Below, piece after piece: positions 10,105 to 21,263 of a stretch of 64,000 nt of DNA. The stretch is from NCBI RefSeq assembly GCF_000737315.1, contig NZ_JMCB01000006.1, positions 310,001 through 374,000 of the forward strand, in the 5' to 3' direction. A program made the position numbers and the translations under genes. The notes beneath the pieces were generated by a model, which worked only from the letters and a program-made list of their open reading frames with translations, searched no databases and was not told where the DNA came from. This DNA comes from Hyalangium minutum (GTDB lineage: Bacteria; Myxococcota; Myxococcia; Myxococcales; Myxococcaceae). Within the stretch, counting starts at the first letter, position 1, and the number at the start of each line of letters is the position of its first letter.

Positions 10105-11133
10105 ATGCCTCCCCGCAAGGCGAAGCCGAAGAAAGCGCCGGCCCCGGCCCGTCCCGAGGCCCCGGCGAGTGCCCCCGTGCCACCCACGGAGCGACCGGCT
10201 CGCCGCCGTGCGAAGAAGACCGTGGTCATCCTCTCCCGGAAGCGCTCGCTGTACTCCACGCGACGATTGGTGGAGGCCATCAAGCACCGAGGGCACCGTC
10301 CGCTGGTGCTGGACACGCTGCGATGCAGCATGATTCTGGCCAGGGGAAAGCCGCGGATGATGTACCGCGGAGTCGAGATTCGCGGCGTGGACGTGGTGAT
10401 TCCACGCATTGGCGCTTCCATCACGGCCTACGGGCTGGCGGTGGTGACCCACTTCGACATGATGGGCGTGCCGGTGGTGAACGCGGCGCAGTCCATCTCG
10501 CGCAGCCGGGACAAGCTGCGGTGCCTGCAGTACCTGTCACGCGCGGGATTGGACATTCCACGCACGGTGATGGCGCACGACCGGAGCAACGTCCGCAAGC
10601 TCGTGGAGGAGGTAGGCGGGCTGCCCGTCATCATCAAGCTCATCCGGGGCACGCAGGGAGTCGGGGTGATGATTGCCCACACGCAGCCTGAGGTGCAGAC
10701 CATCGTGGACACCTTCTGGGACCTGGGCCAGGAGATCGTCCTCCAGGAGTTCGTCGCCGAGAGCAAGGGCAAGGACGTACGCGCCCTCGTGGTGGGCGAC
10801 CGGGTGGTGGGGGCGATGCGGCGCCAGGCGAAGAAAGAGGGCGAGTTCCGCTCCAACATCCACCGAGGCGGCGAGGGGCAGCCCATCCAACTTCCGCCGT
10901 CCTATATCGAGGCGGCGGTGACGGCGGCGAGCATCATCGGGCTGGGCATCGCCGGAGTGGACATGCTCGAGGGCCACGAGGGCCCGCGGTTGATGGAAAT
11001 CAACTCCAGCCCGGGCTTCGAGGGCCTGGAGGCAGCCACCCGCCAGGACATCGCCGGGGAGATGATCGACTACGCGCTGGAGTTCGCGGAGAGCAAGCGT
11101 GCAGACAAGCGGACCCACCGCCGGGTGAGTTGA
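10105..11133 (+). CDS. rimK: RimK family ATP-grasp alpha-L-glutamate ligase
   Basis: SRDKLRCLQ, GTQGVGV, QEFV, DVRALVVG, FRSNIHRGG, EINSSPG. Confidence 0.88.
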   Translation: MPPRKAKPKKAPAPARPEAPASAPVPPTERPARRRAKKTVVILSRKRSLYSTRRLVEAIKHRGHRPLVLDTLRCSMILARGKPRMMYRGVEIRGVDVVIPRIGASITAYGLAVVTHFDMMGVPVVNAAQSISRSRDKLRCLQYLSRAGLDIPRTVMAHDRSNVRKLVEEVGGLPVIIKLIRGTQGVGVMIAHTQPEVQTIVDTFWDLGQEIVLQEFVAESKGKDVRALVVGDRVVGAMRRQAKKEGEFRSNIHRGGEGQPIQLPPSYIEAAVTAASIIGLGIAGVDMLEGHEGPRLMEINSSPGFEGLEAATRQDIAGEMIDYALEFAESKRADKRTHRRVS

Positions 11134-11259
11134 GGTGAGAAGAGGTACCGGGCGTACAAGCCCTGTACTTGAGCGGATCCTGCGGGAATGAGCGTCTCTG
11201 CCGGATGTCAGGAGGGGATTGGCAGTTGGGATCGGCCCTTCTAATGTGCGGCCCACCCG

Positions 11260-11934
11260 ATGAGAGCCCTGCTGCCCAAGCCGCTGCAGATTACCGTCTA
11301 CCAGGATGTGCTGTGCGCCTGGTGTTATCTCGCTGACCTCCGCCTGGAGATTCTCCGGAAGGAGTTCGGTGACACCGTGCGCTGGCGAGTGCGCCCCTAC
11401 CCGTTGCGTGTGGTGGACACGCTGCCCACGGAGCGCGAGCTGCGTGGGCTCACCGAAGAGGTGGCACGCGCGCAAGCCGAGCCCGAGCCCGTGGCTCGGC
11501 TGTTGTCCACCGACTTGTGGCGCAGTGGAGATCCTCCGCGCTCGAGCCTGCCGGGACTGGCGGCGCTCGAAGCGGCGCGGCTCCAAGGTCCGCAGGCGCG
11601 CGCGTATCTCGCGCGGGCCATGCAGCGCGCGGCGCTGGAGCAAGGCGTCAACGTGGCGCGCACGGATGTGGTGTTCGAGCTGGCCAGCCGCGTGGGCCTG
11701 GCCATGAACGACTTCTCCGCCGCGTTTCATTCCGAGGAGACGCGGCGCCTCATCCTCGACGAGCACCGGCTGGCCTCCAGCCGCGGCGTGCGGGGCGTGC
11801 CCACCCTCGTCATCGGCGGCCGGTGGATGATCTGCGGCCTGCGCGACATCGCCGAGTACCGCGAGTACATCCTCACGTGCATGGGGAAGCTGGCGGCGCC
11901 GCGCTCGGGCTCCTCCGAGCGGCTGGTTCACTGA
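11260..11934 (+). CDS. DsbA/FrnE-family thioredoxin-fold protein
   Basis: DVLCAWCY (CxxC) and GVPT cis-Pro loop. Confidence 0.85.
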   Translation: MRALLPKPLQITVYQDVLCAWCYLADLRLEILRKEFGDTVRWRVRPYPLRVVDTLPTERELRGLTEEVARAQAEPEPVARLLSTDLWRSGDPPRSSLPGLAALEAARLQGPQARAYLARAMQRAALEQGVNVARTDVVFELASRVGLAMNDFSAAFHSEETRRLILDEHRLASSRGVRGVPTLVIGGRWMICGLRDIAEYREYILTCMGKLAAPRSGSSERLVH

Positions 11935-12092
11935 TCCGCCAGCAGCCCTCCCAGTCATGTAGGCGAAGGAAATACACGAGCCCCGGGGTTCTGCTCCGGG
12001 GGTTGAATTTCCTTCCTGCCTGGCCGTCTGTTCGAATGTCGTCGCACGAACCAAGCGGGCTGGCCCGTCCCCTGGCCCGGGAGAACATTCAC

Positions 12093-13337
12093 ATGCGTCG
12101 CCTCCTCACACTCCTCGCACCGCTGGCACTGATGGCAGGCACCGGCTGCGTCGTCACGCCATCCCACGGCCACATCCGCACCTATTCAACCGTGGCGGTG
12201 ACGCAGTACCGCTTCTACGGGGCGCACCCCATCGCGGGGACCAGCAGCTGGTGCCTCGAGGAGTACGACCACGTCCACGACTACGCGCCGGAGACGCAGT
12301 ACTACTCGTACACGAACAACGTGTACCGCTACAGCGGCCCGACGGTGGTCTGGTACATGGACTACCACCCGATTCCGGCGGGCGGTTACTGCAACTACCA
12401 CGGCCGCCACAACCACGATTACTACCCACGGCAGTATGACGGGTGGACGTACTCGTGGGACCGCAGCCGCGACGTCTACGTCTACAACAACCCGCGCTAC
12501 ACGCACGGCGCGTCGCCGGCGAACGGCAGCTATCAGCAGCCCAGCCGCCCCTCGCAGCCGTACTACCCGCCCACGAACAACAGCGGTGGCACGTACCGTC
12601 CGCCTCCGGCGGGCCAGGGTGGCTGGGGCAACCCGCCCGCGAACCACGGCGGCTACAACAACCCGCCTCCTCCGAACAACAACGGCGGTTCCCGTCCTCC
12701 CCCTGCCGGCCAGGGTGGCTGGGGTAACCCTCCGAACAACGGCGGCGGCAACAACGGTGGCGGCTACGGCAACGGCGGCGGCAACAACGGCGGCGGCAAC
12801 GGCGGTGGCTGGGGCAACAAGCCTCCGAACAATGGCGGCAACACGCCTCCGAGCTACCCGCCCCCGAGCAACGGTGGCGGCAACAACGGTGGCGGCAACA
12901 ACGGTGGTGGCAACAGCGGTGGTGGCAACAGCGGTGGTGGCAACAACGGTGGTGGCAACAACGGTGGTGGCAACAACGGTGGTGGCTACGGCAACGGTGG
13001 CGGCAACGGTGGCGGCAACGGTGGCGGCAACAGCGGCGGTGGCTGGGGCACGCCTCCGGGCCACGGTGGTACGCCTCCGGGTCAGGGCGGCACGCCTCCG
13101 GGCCAGGGTGGCGGCAGCAAGCCTCCGGGTCACCAGGGCAACCCCGGCAGCGGCAATGGCGGCTGGGGCAACGGCAATGGCAACAGCGGCGGCAACGGCG
13201 GTGGCAACGGCGGTGGCAACGGCAACGGCGGTGGCAACGGCGGCAACCGCGGTGGCAGTGGCTGGGGCAACCCGGGCAGTGGCAGCAGCCGCGGCTCGTC
13301 CAGCAGCGGTTCGTCGGGCGGCAGCGTTCGCTGGTAG
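12093..13337 (+). CDS. Lipoprotein with a duplicated His/Cys motif and a long Gly/Asn/Pro low-complexity tail
   Basis: Lipobox MAGTGC; ATG 12093 after GGGAGA; GGNNG repeats. Confidence 0.8.
   Translation: MRRLLTLLAPLALMAGTGCVVTPSHGHIRTYSTVAVTQYRFYGAHPIAGTSSWCLEEYDHVHDYAPETQYYSYTNNVYRYSGPTVVWYMDYHPIPAGGYCNYHGRHNHDYYPRQYDGWTYSWDRSRDVYVYNNPRYTHGASPANGSYQQPSRPSQPYYPPTNNSGGTYRPPPAGQGGWGNPPANHGGYNNPPPPNNNGGSRPPPAGQGGWGNPPNNGGGNNGGGYGNGGGNNGGGNGGGWGNKPPNNGGNTPPSYPPPSNGGGNNGGGNNGGGNSGGGNSGGGNNGGGNNGGGNNGGGYGNGGGNGGGNGGGNSGGGWGTPPGHGGTPPGQGGTPPGQGGGSKPPGHQGNPGSGNGGWGNGNGNSGGNGGGNGGGNGNGGGNGGNRGGSGWGNPGSGSSRGSSSSGSSGGSVRW
12740..13260 (+). repeat. Coding tandem repeats (GGCAACAACGGTGGT-type, 12-15 nt units) encoding GGNNG/GGNG
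   Basis: Visible tandem array, densest at about 12876-13030. Confidence 0.85.
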
Positions 13338-13415
13338 TTAATCGTCCGCAACGGGACGGTCTCCCGCGGGGTGGATTGCCACCCCGCAGGAGCATGGAAA
13401 TCTTGCCGGGCAGTT

Positions 13416-14273
13416 ATGAAGTCCTCGTACCTGCCTGCTTGCTGTGTCCTCCTCGGCGTGAGCCTCGCGGCTTGTGGCTCCGGTGCCCATCCGGATCCCG
13501 GCTCGCGCACCGAGGATGCCCAGATCGTCGATCTGGATAACCTCCTCATCACCGTGCATGGACAGGTGGCGCTGCTACCCGAGGCCGCACGGCTGATGTC
13601 AGCGCAAGGGCAACCGCCTCCCGCGCTCGCTGGACTTCCCATCGTCATCGAGGAGCCCTTGCGCGTCGGGGTGAGTGATCCGAGCGCCAGCTTTGGCTCC
13701 GGTACACTCGACGAGGCAGGAGGCTTCTCCATCCCGGGTGTCCCGGTGAAGGACATCCACCAGAGCCTCGCGGTGCGCGTCTCGGAGCCAAGCTTCGCGC
13801 CCGCCTCGACCATCGTCTTCGACACCGCCTTTACCGGCGCGCGGCCGCGAACGGATGTCATCAACACCCACGTCTGGGCCGTGCCGATGGCGTTCCAGGA
13901 CGCGCTGACCCAAGCGGTGGGCGCGGAGACGCTCCGCGTTCTCACGGAGGGCCGGGCCCAGACGCTGCTGCAGGCGGGCTTCGTCCTCGGCCGGGTGGTG
14001 GATGAAAAGGGCCAACCGGTGGCCGGAGCGCGCGTCTGGCTCGATCGGGGCGAGCTGGCGGATCGGCTCTACTATCCCTCCGACGATCTGGCCCACATGG
14101 GCCAGGAAGGCACCAGCGCCAACGGGCTCTTCCTCTACGTGCACTCGGGCGCGGACGCCGAGACGTTCCGCGTGAGCATCCACGGTACGGAGACGTACGT
14201 GTGGCGCAACGCGGGGGCTACCCCGGGCCATGGGCTCGTGCTCACGCTGTTTCCGGGCACCTACGCCCCGTAG
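13416..14273 (+). CDS. Lipoprotein with carboxypeptidase-regulatory-like (beta-sandwich) domain
   Basis: SLAAC lipobox; GRVVDEKGQPVAGARV. Confidence 0.7.
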   Translation: MKSSYLPACCVLLGVSLAACGSGAHPDPGSRTEDAQIVDLDNLLITVHGQVALLPEAARLMSAQGQPPPALAGLPIVIEEPLRVGVSDPSASFGSGTLDEAGGFSIPGVPVKDIHQSLAVRVSEPSFAPASTIVFDTAFTGARPRTDVINTHVWAVPMAFQDALTQAVGAETLRVLTEGRAQTLLQAGFVLGRVVDEKGQPVAGARVWLDRGELADRLYYPSDDLAHMGQEGTSANGLFLYVHSGADAETFRVSIHGTETYVWRNAGATPGHGLVLTLFPGTYAP

Positions 14274-14399
14274 CGACTCCCCGGCGTATCCCCCGGAGTG
14301 TCGGCTTTCCCACCGCTGCGAGTCGCGAGGGTTGATCCTCCTTCACGCCGGGTGAGACCCTTGGGTGTCAGGGCAATGCGCTCCGGGGGGGGGCCGCGA

Positions 14400-16799
14400 A
14401 TGTCCAATAGATCGCGCACGAGGAGTGCCCAGATCGCCTGGGGCCTCGTCTGGGCGGGGAGTCTGGCCAGTCCACTCACAGGTGCCTTGGGCCTGTTGGG
14501 TTGGGGACTGGACCGCGCCTTCGCGAACTCGGGGCCGCTGGGCCTGATTGATCTGGCACCGCACACGGCGCTCGGGCTCATCCTCGGGGGCATCTCCTTG
14601 GGATTGCTGCGCCCGGAGGAGCCAGGCCTGCTTCGCAGGGCCGTGGGCCGGGCCTGCGCCGTGGGCATGGGCGTCATCGGCGTCGCCATCCTCTTCCAGT
14701 ACTTTGGCCTGGAGTTGGTGCGGTCCGCGCTGACGCAGCCGTGGATTCCCTCGCTGTCGCGGCCACCCTCCGAGACAACGGAGATGACCGCCACCGCCCT
14801 TTGCTTCGTGCTGCTGGGGGGTGGGCTGCTGCTGCTCGGGCGCTCGCAGCCCCATCCCACGTGGCGGATGGAGGTGCTCATCCTCCCCGCGCTGTTCGTC
14901 ACCCTGATGATGATCCACGGGCTGCTCCACGGAGCGCTCGTGTCCGCGAACACGCCGGTGCTCCTGTCCCACACGGGGATGGGGCTGCAGACCACGGTGG
15001 GGCTGCTGCTGCTCGGCGTCGGGGCCCTGTGCTCGCGGCCAGAGCAGGGACTGATGATCCACATCACCCGGTCCACGCTCGGGGGTTACCTCGCGCGCCG
15101 GCTCGTGCCGGTGACGCTGCTGGGCCCGCTGCTGTTCAGCGTCCTGCTCGAGGTGCTCGTCCGGTTCCACCTCCTGGGCCAGCCCTTGAAGACACCGCTG
15201 TTCGCCACGGTGGCGAGCCTTGGCAGCGCAGGGCTCGTGCTCCTGTCTACCTCGCTGTTGGACCGTCTCCACCGGCAGCGCCAGCAAGCGAACGCCGCGC
15301 TCGCGGCCTCCGAGGCACGCTACCGGAACCTGCTGGAGACCGCGCCGGATGCCGTGGTCGCCGTGGATCAGCATGGCCTGGTGCGCTTCGTGAACGCGCA
15401 GGTGGAGCGGGTGTTCGGCTACCGGCGTGAGGAGCTGATCGGCCAGGACGTGGCGGTGTTGCTCCCCGAGCCCTATCGGGAGCAGCACCGCCTCTTCCGC
15501 GAGGCTTACATGCGCAACCCCGTGCTTCGCTCGGTGGGTCAGGCGGTGCCACTGCGGGGCCGGCACAAGGAGGGCTCCGAGTTCCCCGTGGAGGTGAGCC
15601 TCAGCCCCTGCCAGACGCCAGAGGGGTTCACGGTCACCGCCATCATCCGGGACGTGACGGAGCGCGAGCAGCACCTGGCGCGCCTGCAGGACGCGCGCGC
15701 CGAGGCCGAGCGGGAGCGCCAGCTCCTACAGACCGTGGTGGACAGCGCCCCGGTGGGCATCCTCTTCGTGGACCCCGAGACGGACAAGGTGCGGACCAAC
15801 GTCGCGCTCACGGCCATGCTGGGCCGCCCGGCGGAGACCACCGAGGGCCAGGGCCCCTACTACGGGAACTTCCTGCACCCGGACGGGCGAAGCGTGAGCC
15901 TCGATGAGTTCCCCTCCACCCGGGCCCTCACCGGCCAGGCCGTTCCCGCCCAGGAGTTCCTCGTCGTCCGTCCGGATCGGCAGCTGCCGGTGCTGGCCTC
16001 GGCGGCGCCTGTGTTCGGCAGCTCCGAGGCGGTGCGCGGCGTGGTCGTCACCATCCAGGACATCACCGCCCGCCGCGAGCTGGAGCAGCTCCAGCAGGAC
16101 TACGTGGGGCTCATCTCGCATGACCTGCGCAACCCGCTCCAGGTGATTGCCCTGCGCACCCAGCTGCTGCAGCGGCTGCTCCAGGAGCGAGGCCTCACGC
16201 GCGAGGCGGCCCTGACCGGGAGCCTGCTCCAGAACACGCGGCAGATGAACTGGCTGGTCGAGGAGCTGCTGGAGAACTCCATTCTGGAGGCCGGGCAGGT
16301 GGAGCTCCGCCGGGAGCCCACGGACCTGGTCCACTTCCTCGAGGAGGTGCTCGAGCGCGACCTGCCGCCCGATGCCCGCGAGCGATTCCACCTCCAGTGG
16401 ACGAGCGCCATGCCACCCGTACCGGTGGATCCCCAGCGCCTTGAGCGCGTGGTCGTGAACCTGCTCACCAACGCGCTCAAGTACAGCCCAGCGGGCACGC
16501 CCATCGAGCTGCGCCTCCAGCAAACCGGGGAGGCCGTGGAGCTCTCCGTGCAGGACCACGGCCTGGGTCTGCTGCCGGAGGATGCCGTGCGCCTCTTCCA
16601 GAAGTACTACCGGACGAAGGAGGGCCGTCGGGCAAAGGGCGCGGGGCTGGGGCTCTACATCTGCCGGCTGATCGCCGAGGCGCATGGAGGCCGCATCCGT
16701 GTAGAGAGCGAGCCAGGCCAGGGGACCATCTTCACCGTCACCCTCCCCATGACGCTCCCCGCGCAGGAGAACTCCCAGACGCAACAAGGGGCCGCCTGA
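14400..16799 (+). CDS. Membrane PAS-domain sensor histidine kinase (start 14376 or 14400)
   Basis: Several TM helices, two PAS domains, SHDLRNP H-box, NLLTNALKYS, GAGLGL. Confidence 0.9.
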   Translation: MSNRSRTRSAQIAWGLVWAGSLASPLTGALGLLGWGLDRAFANSGPLGLIDLAPHTALGLILGGISLGLLRPEEPGLLRRAVGRACAVGMGVIGVAILFQYFGLELVRSALTQPWIPSLSRPPSETTEMTATALCFVLLGGGLLLLGRSQPHPTWRMEVLILPALFVTLMMIHGLLHGALVSANTPVLLSHTGMGLQTTVGLLLLGVGALCSRPEQGLMIHITRSTLGGYLARRLVPVTLLGPLLFSVLLEVLVRFHLLGQPLKTPLFATVASLGSAGLVLLSTSLLDRLHRQRQQANAALAASEARYRNLLETAPDAVVAVDQHGLVRFVNAQVERVFGYRREELIGQDVAVLLPEPYREQHRLFREAYMRNPVLRSVGQAVPLRGRHKEGSEFPVEVSLSPCQTPEGFTVTAIIRDVTEREQHLARLQDARAEAERERQLLQTVVDSAPVGILFVDPETDKVRTNVALTAMLGRPAETTEGQGPYYGNFLHPDGRSVSLDEFPSTRALTGQAVPAQEFLVVRPDRQLPVLASAAPVFGSSEAVRGVVVTIQDITARRELEQLQQDYVGLISHDLRNPLQVIALRTQLLQRLLQERGLTREAALTGSLLQNTRQMNWLVEELLENSILEAGQVELRREPTDLVHFLEEVLERDLPPDARERFHLQWTSAMPPVPVDPQRLERVVVNLLTNALKYSPAGTPIELRLQQTGEAVELSVQDHGLGLLPEDAVRLFQKYYRTKEGRRAKGAGLGLYICRLIAEAHGGRIRVESEPGQGTIFTVTLPMTLPAQENSQTQQGAA

Positions 16800-16844
16800 G
16801 CGCCTGAGCGGGCCGGAAGGAGCCACGTCGAAACGGCTCAGAAT

Positions 16845-17153
16845 TCAGAGCAACGGCCCCTGACCACGAGCCGTGTGCCACAACGCATGAACTCGAACCA
16901 CGCCCTCGGTCTCATCCACCGTGTAGTAGAGGTGGTAGCGCGTCCGAGGGAGCAGAACCCTCCGCATGCCCGAGAGAGACGTGCGCCGGTAAGGAGCACC
17001 CGCTCCCGGAGAAGCAGCCACCGTTTCGACTGCAGCAGAGAGCTCCTCCATCAACAAGCCGGGAGAAGCTGGGCGATTGCTTCTCCACCACTGCTCGACT
17101 TGCCGAGCTTGCCTCACCGCCTCGGGCGAGAACTCAACGCGGTGGCGTCTCAC
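16845..17153 (-). CDS. Type II toxin, RelE/ParE family
   Basis: 102 aa; VEFSPEA start, MRRVLLPRTRYHLYY, VRVHALWH; GTGA overlap with the antitoxin. Confidence 0.8.
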   Translation of the reverse strand: MRRHRVEFSPEAVRQARQVEQWWRSNRPASPGLLMEELSAAVETVAASPGAGAPYRRTSLSGMRRVLLPRTRYHLYYTVDETEGVVRVHALWHTARGQGPLL

Positions 17154-17380
17154 GGTTCGCGGATCTGCCTCAGCGCCTCGTCAGCCGGGATGCCTTCTTT
17201 GTCCCGAAATTGTTCGGCAGACCGCTCGAGGGCCGCATGCAACCGCGCTCGATCCTCTTCCTGGAGGGAGTCGCTGTCATCCGCCAGCGTGAGCTCAACC
17301 TCCGTGCCTTCGGGAAGGTCTACAGGCTCATCCATGACGAGCCTGCCACTGCGGACACGCGCCTTGAGAGTGAGCCCCAT
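17150..17380 (-). CDS. Putative cognate antitoxin (AF2212/DUF104-like N-terminus, acidic C-terminus)
   Basis: LKARVRSGRLVMDEPVDLPEGTEVEL; directly upstream of and overlapping the toxin. Confidence 0.7.
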   Translation of the reverse strand: MGLTLKARVRSGRLVMDEPVDLPEGTEVELTLADDSDSLQEEDRARLHAALERSAEQFRDKEGIPADEALRQIREP

Positions 17381-17529
17381 CAGGAAAGTATAAGTCTCCC
17401 CTGGGAAAATGGCTCCTGCTCCCATCTCGGGCAGTTGAGCAGCACCAGTCCCTCTCTTCTTGAGAAGGTCTCGCCTCCCCGCCCCTGCAGGGCCCAGGCA
17501 GGCTGGCGCCTACGGAAGGGGTGTTTCGG

Positions 17530-18639
17530 TCAGTGCGGAACGAACCAGCGCGGCAGCCAGTCCGCGCCCTTCGCCGTGGTGAGGCGCGTCTGCCCCGTGC
17601 CGTCCGCGCGCATCAACCACAGGTCCGTGTCCCCTTCCCGCTCCGCCACGAACACCAGGTACTTGCCGTCCGGGCTCCAGGCCGGCGCGTCGTCCCGTGC
17701 CTTTCCATCCGTGAGCGCCACCAGCTCGCCCGTCGCGACGTCGGCCCGCCAGATGCGGCTCTTCGCGTCCGGGAGCCGCTCCACGAACACCACCTTCTGG
17801 CTGTCCGGACTCCATGCCAGCTCGCGCTCCTCCAGCTTCGTCGAGGTCCCCGAGAGCGCTCGCAGCTCCGTCCCATCCGGCCGCACCACGTAGTACCGGT
17901 CCCGGCTCTCGCGGTTGCTGACGAATGAGAGCCACTTCCCATCCGGGCTCCAGCGCGGCTCGCGGTCCTCCCGGTAGAACGCGGTGACGCGGCGCACCTC
18001 CGAGCCGCCCACGGGCATCACGTAAATCTCGGGGTCTCCCTCGCGGCTCGACACGAACGCGATCTCCCGGCCATCCGGGGACACATCCGGCTCGAAGCAG
18101 CCCTCCGGCACATCCGTCAGGCGCTGCTCGGCCGCGCCCGCCTTGGGCTCCAGCCTCACCAGGTCACTGAAGCTCTGCGCGTCCGACTCGGCCACCAGCC
18201 ACTTGCCATCCGGCGACCAGCTCGCATTCCGCGCCCGCGCCCGAGGCGCGTTGAGCGGCACCGGCGCCGAGCCATCCAACGGCTGCAGCCGCAGCTGCTC
18301 CATGTGAAGCCCCTTCACGCTCCACGTGGCGATGACCAGCAGCGCCTTGCCATCCGGGGCCGGCGCCGAGGTGTAGTCATCCTCCTCGGGGCTCTTCGTG
18401 AACTGCGTCTCCTCACCCGTCGGCTTCACCAGCCAGACGTCCTTCTGCACCGCTCGCTCGGAGATGAAGGCGATGACGCCCGGAATGGCCCGCCGCTCCT
18501 GCTCGGACAGCGGGCCGGGGCCCGCGGCTGTCCCACGGCCACATTGGCTCGCGGGACAACCGGCACCCACAAGGGCGAGCGCGGCCCACAGCCGCACCCG
18601 TCCCAGCCAAGGACGACGAGGTTCGAGGCCCTGGCTCAT
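17530..18639 (-). CDS. TolB-like PD40-repeat beta-propeller lipoprotein
   Basis: Repeated P.WSPDGK; LVGAGC lipobox. Confidence 0.85.
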   Translation of the reverse strand: MSQGLEPRRPWLGRVRLWAALALVGAGCPASQCGRGTAAGPGPLSEQERRAIPGVIAFISERAVQKDVWLVKPTGEETQFTKSPEEDDYTSAPAPDGKALLVIATWSVKGLHMEQLRLQPLDGSAPVPLNAPRARARNASWSPDGKWLVAESDAQSFSDLVRLEPKAGAAEQRLTDVPEGCFEPDVSPDGREIAFVSSREGDPEIYVMPVGGSEVRRVTAFYREDREPRWSPDGKWLSFVSNRESRDRYYVVRPDGTELRALSGTSTKLEERELAWSPDSQKVVFVERLPDAKSRIWRADVATGELVALTDGKARDDAPAWSPDGKYLVFVAEREGDTDLWLMRADGTGQTRLTTAKGADWLPRWFVPH

Positions 18640-18649
18640 ACGGCTCCCA

Positions 18650-20260
<1,611 letters not shown>

Positions 20261-20330
20261 GGAAGCTCCTTCCAAGGGGGGAATGGGACAGCGTCGGCTT
20301 CACCCTCGTCCGCGAGGGAGCCGGCGCGCA

Positions 20331-20357
20331 CTGCTTAGCAGAATTCTCGCTAAGCAG
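20331..20357. promoter_or_regulatory. 27-bp near-perfect palindrome upstream of the amidase gene
   Basis: CTGCTTAGC-AGAATTCTC-GCTAAGCAG. Confidence 0.5.
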
Positions 20358-20525
20358 GAATCTCTATAAAGACCCGCAATTAAATGAAATGCGGTTGTCG
20401 CACGGTGTCACAAGCCTTTGAAACATCAGGGAGAGCGGGTCCTCGCCTGGTCCTCCGGTGGCCGAACGTGAGCCGAGCCCCTCAGAGGGGCCGACATTGT
20501 GCGAGGGCTTCGGTATGAGGGGGCC

Positions 20526-21263
20526 ATGCGCCTCTTCGCCATCGGCGACACCCACCTGCCCTCCACCCGGAACAAGGACATGCACCGCTTCGGGTGGGCG
20601 GAGCACCCGCTGCCCCTTCAACGCGCATGGGACGAGAAGGTGCGCCCCGAGGACGTGGTCATCGTCGCGGGAGACATCTCCTGGGCCACGCGGCCTCCCG
20701 AGGTGCTCGAGGACTTGAAGTGGCTGGACGCGCGGCCGGGCCGCAAGGTGCTGGTGCGCGGCAACCATGACTACTGGTGGGGAGACTCTGCGTCGAAGCT
20801 GCGCAAGCTGCTGGAGCCCTTCCAGAGCATTGAGGGCTTCCTGCAGAACAGCGCGGTGGTGATGGGGCCGTGGATCATCGCTGGCTCACGGCTGTGGACG
20901 GCGCCCGAGGCCCCGCCCATGCCCGGCGGAGAGATGGGCGACGAGGCGGTGGACCTGGGCTACGTGGAGCGCGAGACGCGCCGGCTGGCGGCCTCGTTCG
21001 AGGACGCGGTGAAGAAGGAGAAGGCGAGCCCCACGCCGCTCACGCGCGTCGTGGCGGTGCACTTCCCTCCGCTGTACGCGAACGAGAAGCCCACCGCGTT
21101 CAGCGCCCCCATCGAAGCCTTCCACCCCAAGGTCTGTGTGTATGGGCACCTTCACGCGGAGGGAATCGCCGCGGGCTTCACGGGTGAGCGCGCGGGCGTC
21201 CGCTACGTACTGGCGTCTTGTGACGCCGCAAAGTTCTCGCCGGTGCTGCTCGATGAAGCGTGA
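20526..21263 (+). CDS. Calcineurin-like metallophosphoesterase
   Basis: DTH, AGDISW, RGNHDYW, GHLH motifs. Confidence 0.9.
   Translation: MRLFAIGDTHLPSTRNKDMHRFGWAEHPLPLQRAWDEKVRPEDVVIVAGDISWATRPPEVLEDLKWLDARPGRKVLVRGNHDYWWGDSASKLRKLLEPFQSIEGFLQNSAVVMGPWIIAGSRLWTAPEAPPMPGGEMGDEAVDLGYVERETRRLAASFEDAVKKEKASPTPLTRVVAVHFPPLYANEKPTAFSAPIEAFHPKVCVYGHLHAEGIAAGFTGERAGVRYVLASCDAAKFSPVLLDEA

Noticed and set aside
10027-10452. N-terminal extension of the sigma54 activator ORF overlapping rimK
   Set aside because: It would overlap a divergent real gene; ATG 10026 gives a coherent FHA-AAA-HTH protein.
10105-11133. RimK as the graspetide-modifying enzyme
   Set aside because: It has canonical RimK motifs (FRSN, GTQG) and lies 11 kb away; the DFR-containing ATP-grasp beside the precursor is the better candidate.
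12740-13260. Possible CRISPR array
   Set aside because: In-frame coding microsatellite-like repeats without unique spacers; no cas genes. The two-copy 40-bp repeat at 21221 is not CRISPR either.
12186-13395. Ala/Val/Thr-repeat and Cys/Arg/His-repeat ORFs
   Set aside because: Alternative frames of the GGNNG coding repeat.
14385-14393. G9 tract near the kinase start as a phase-variation switch
   Set aside because: It is only coding if ATG 14376 is used; ATG 14400 lies downstream, and G runs are expected at this GC content.
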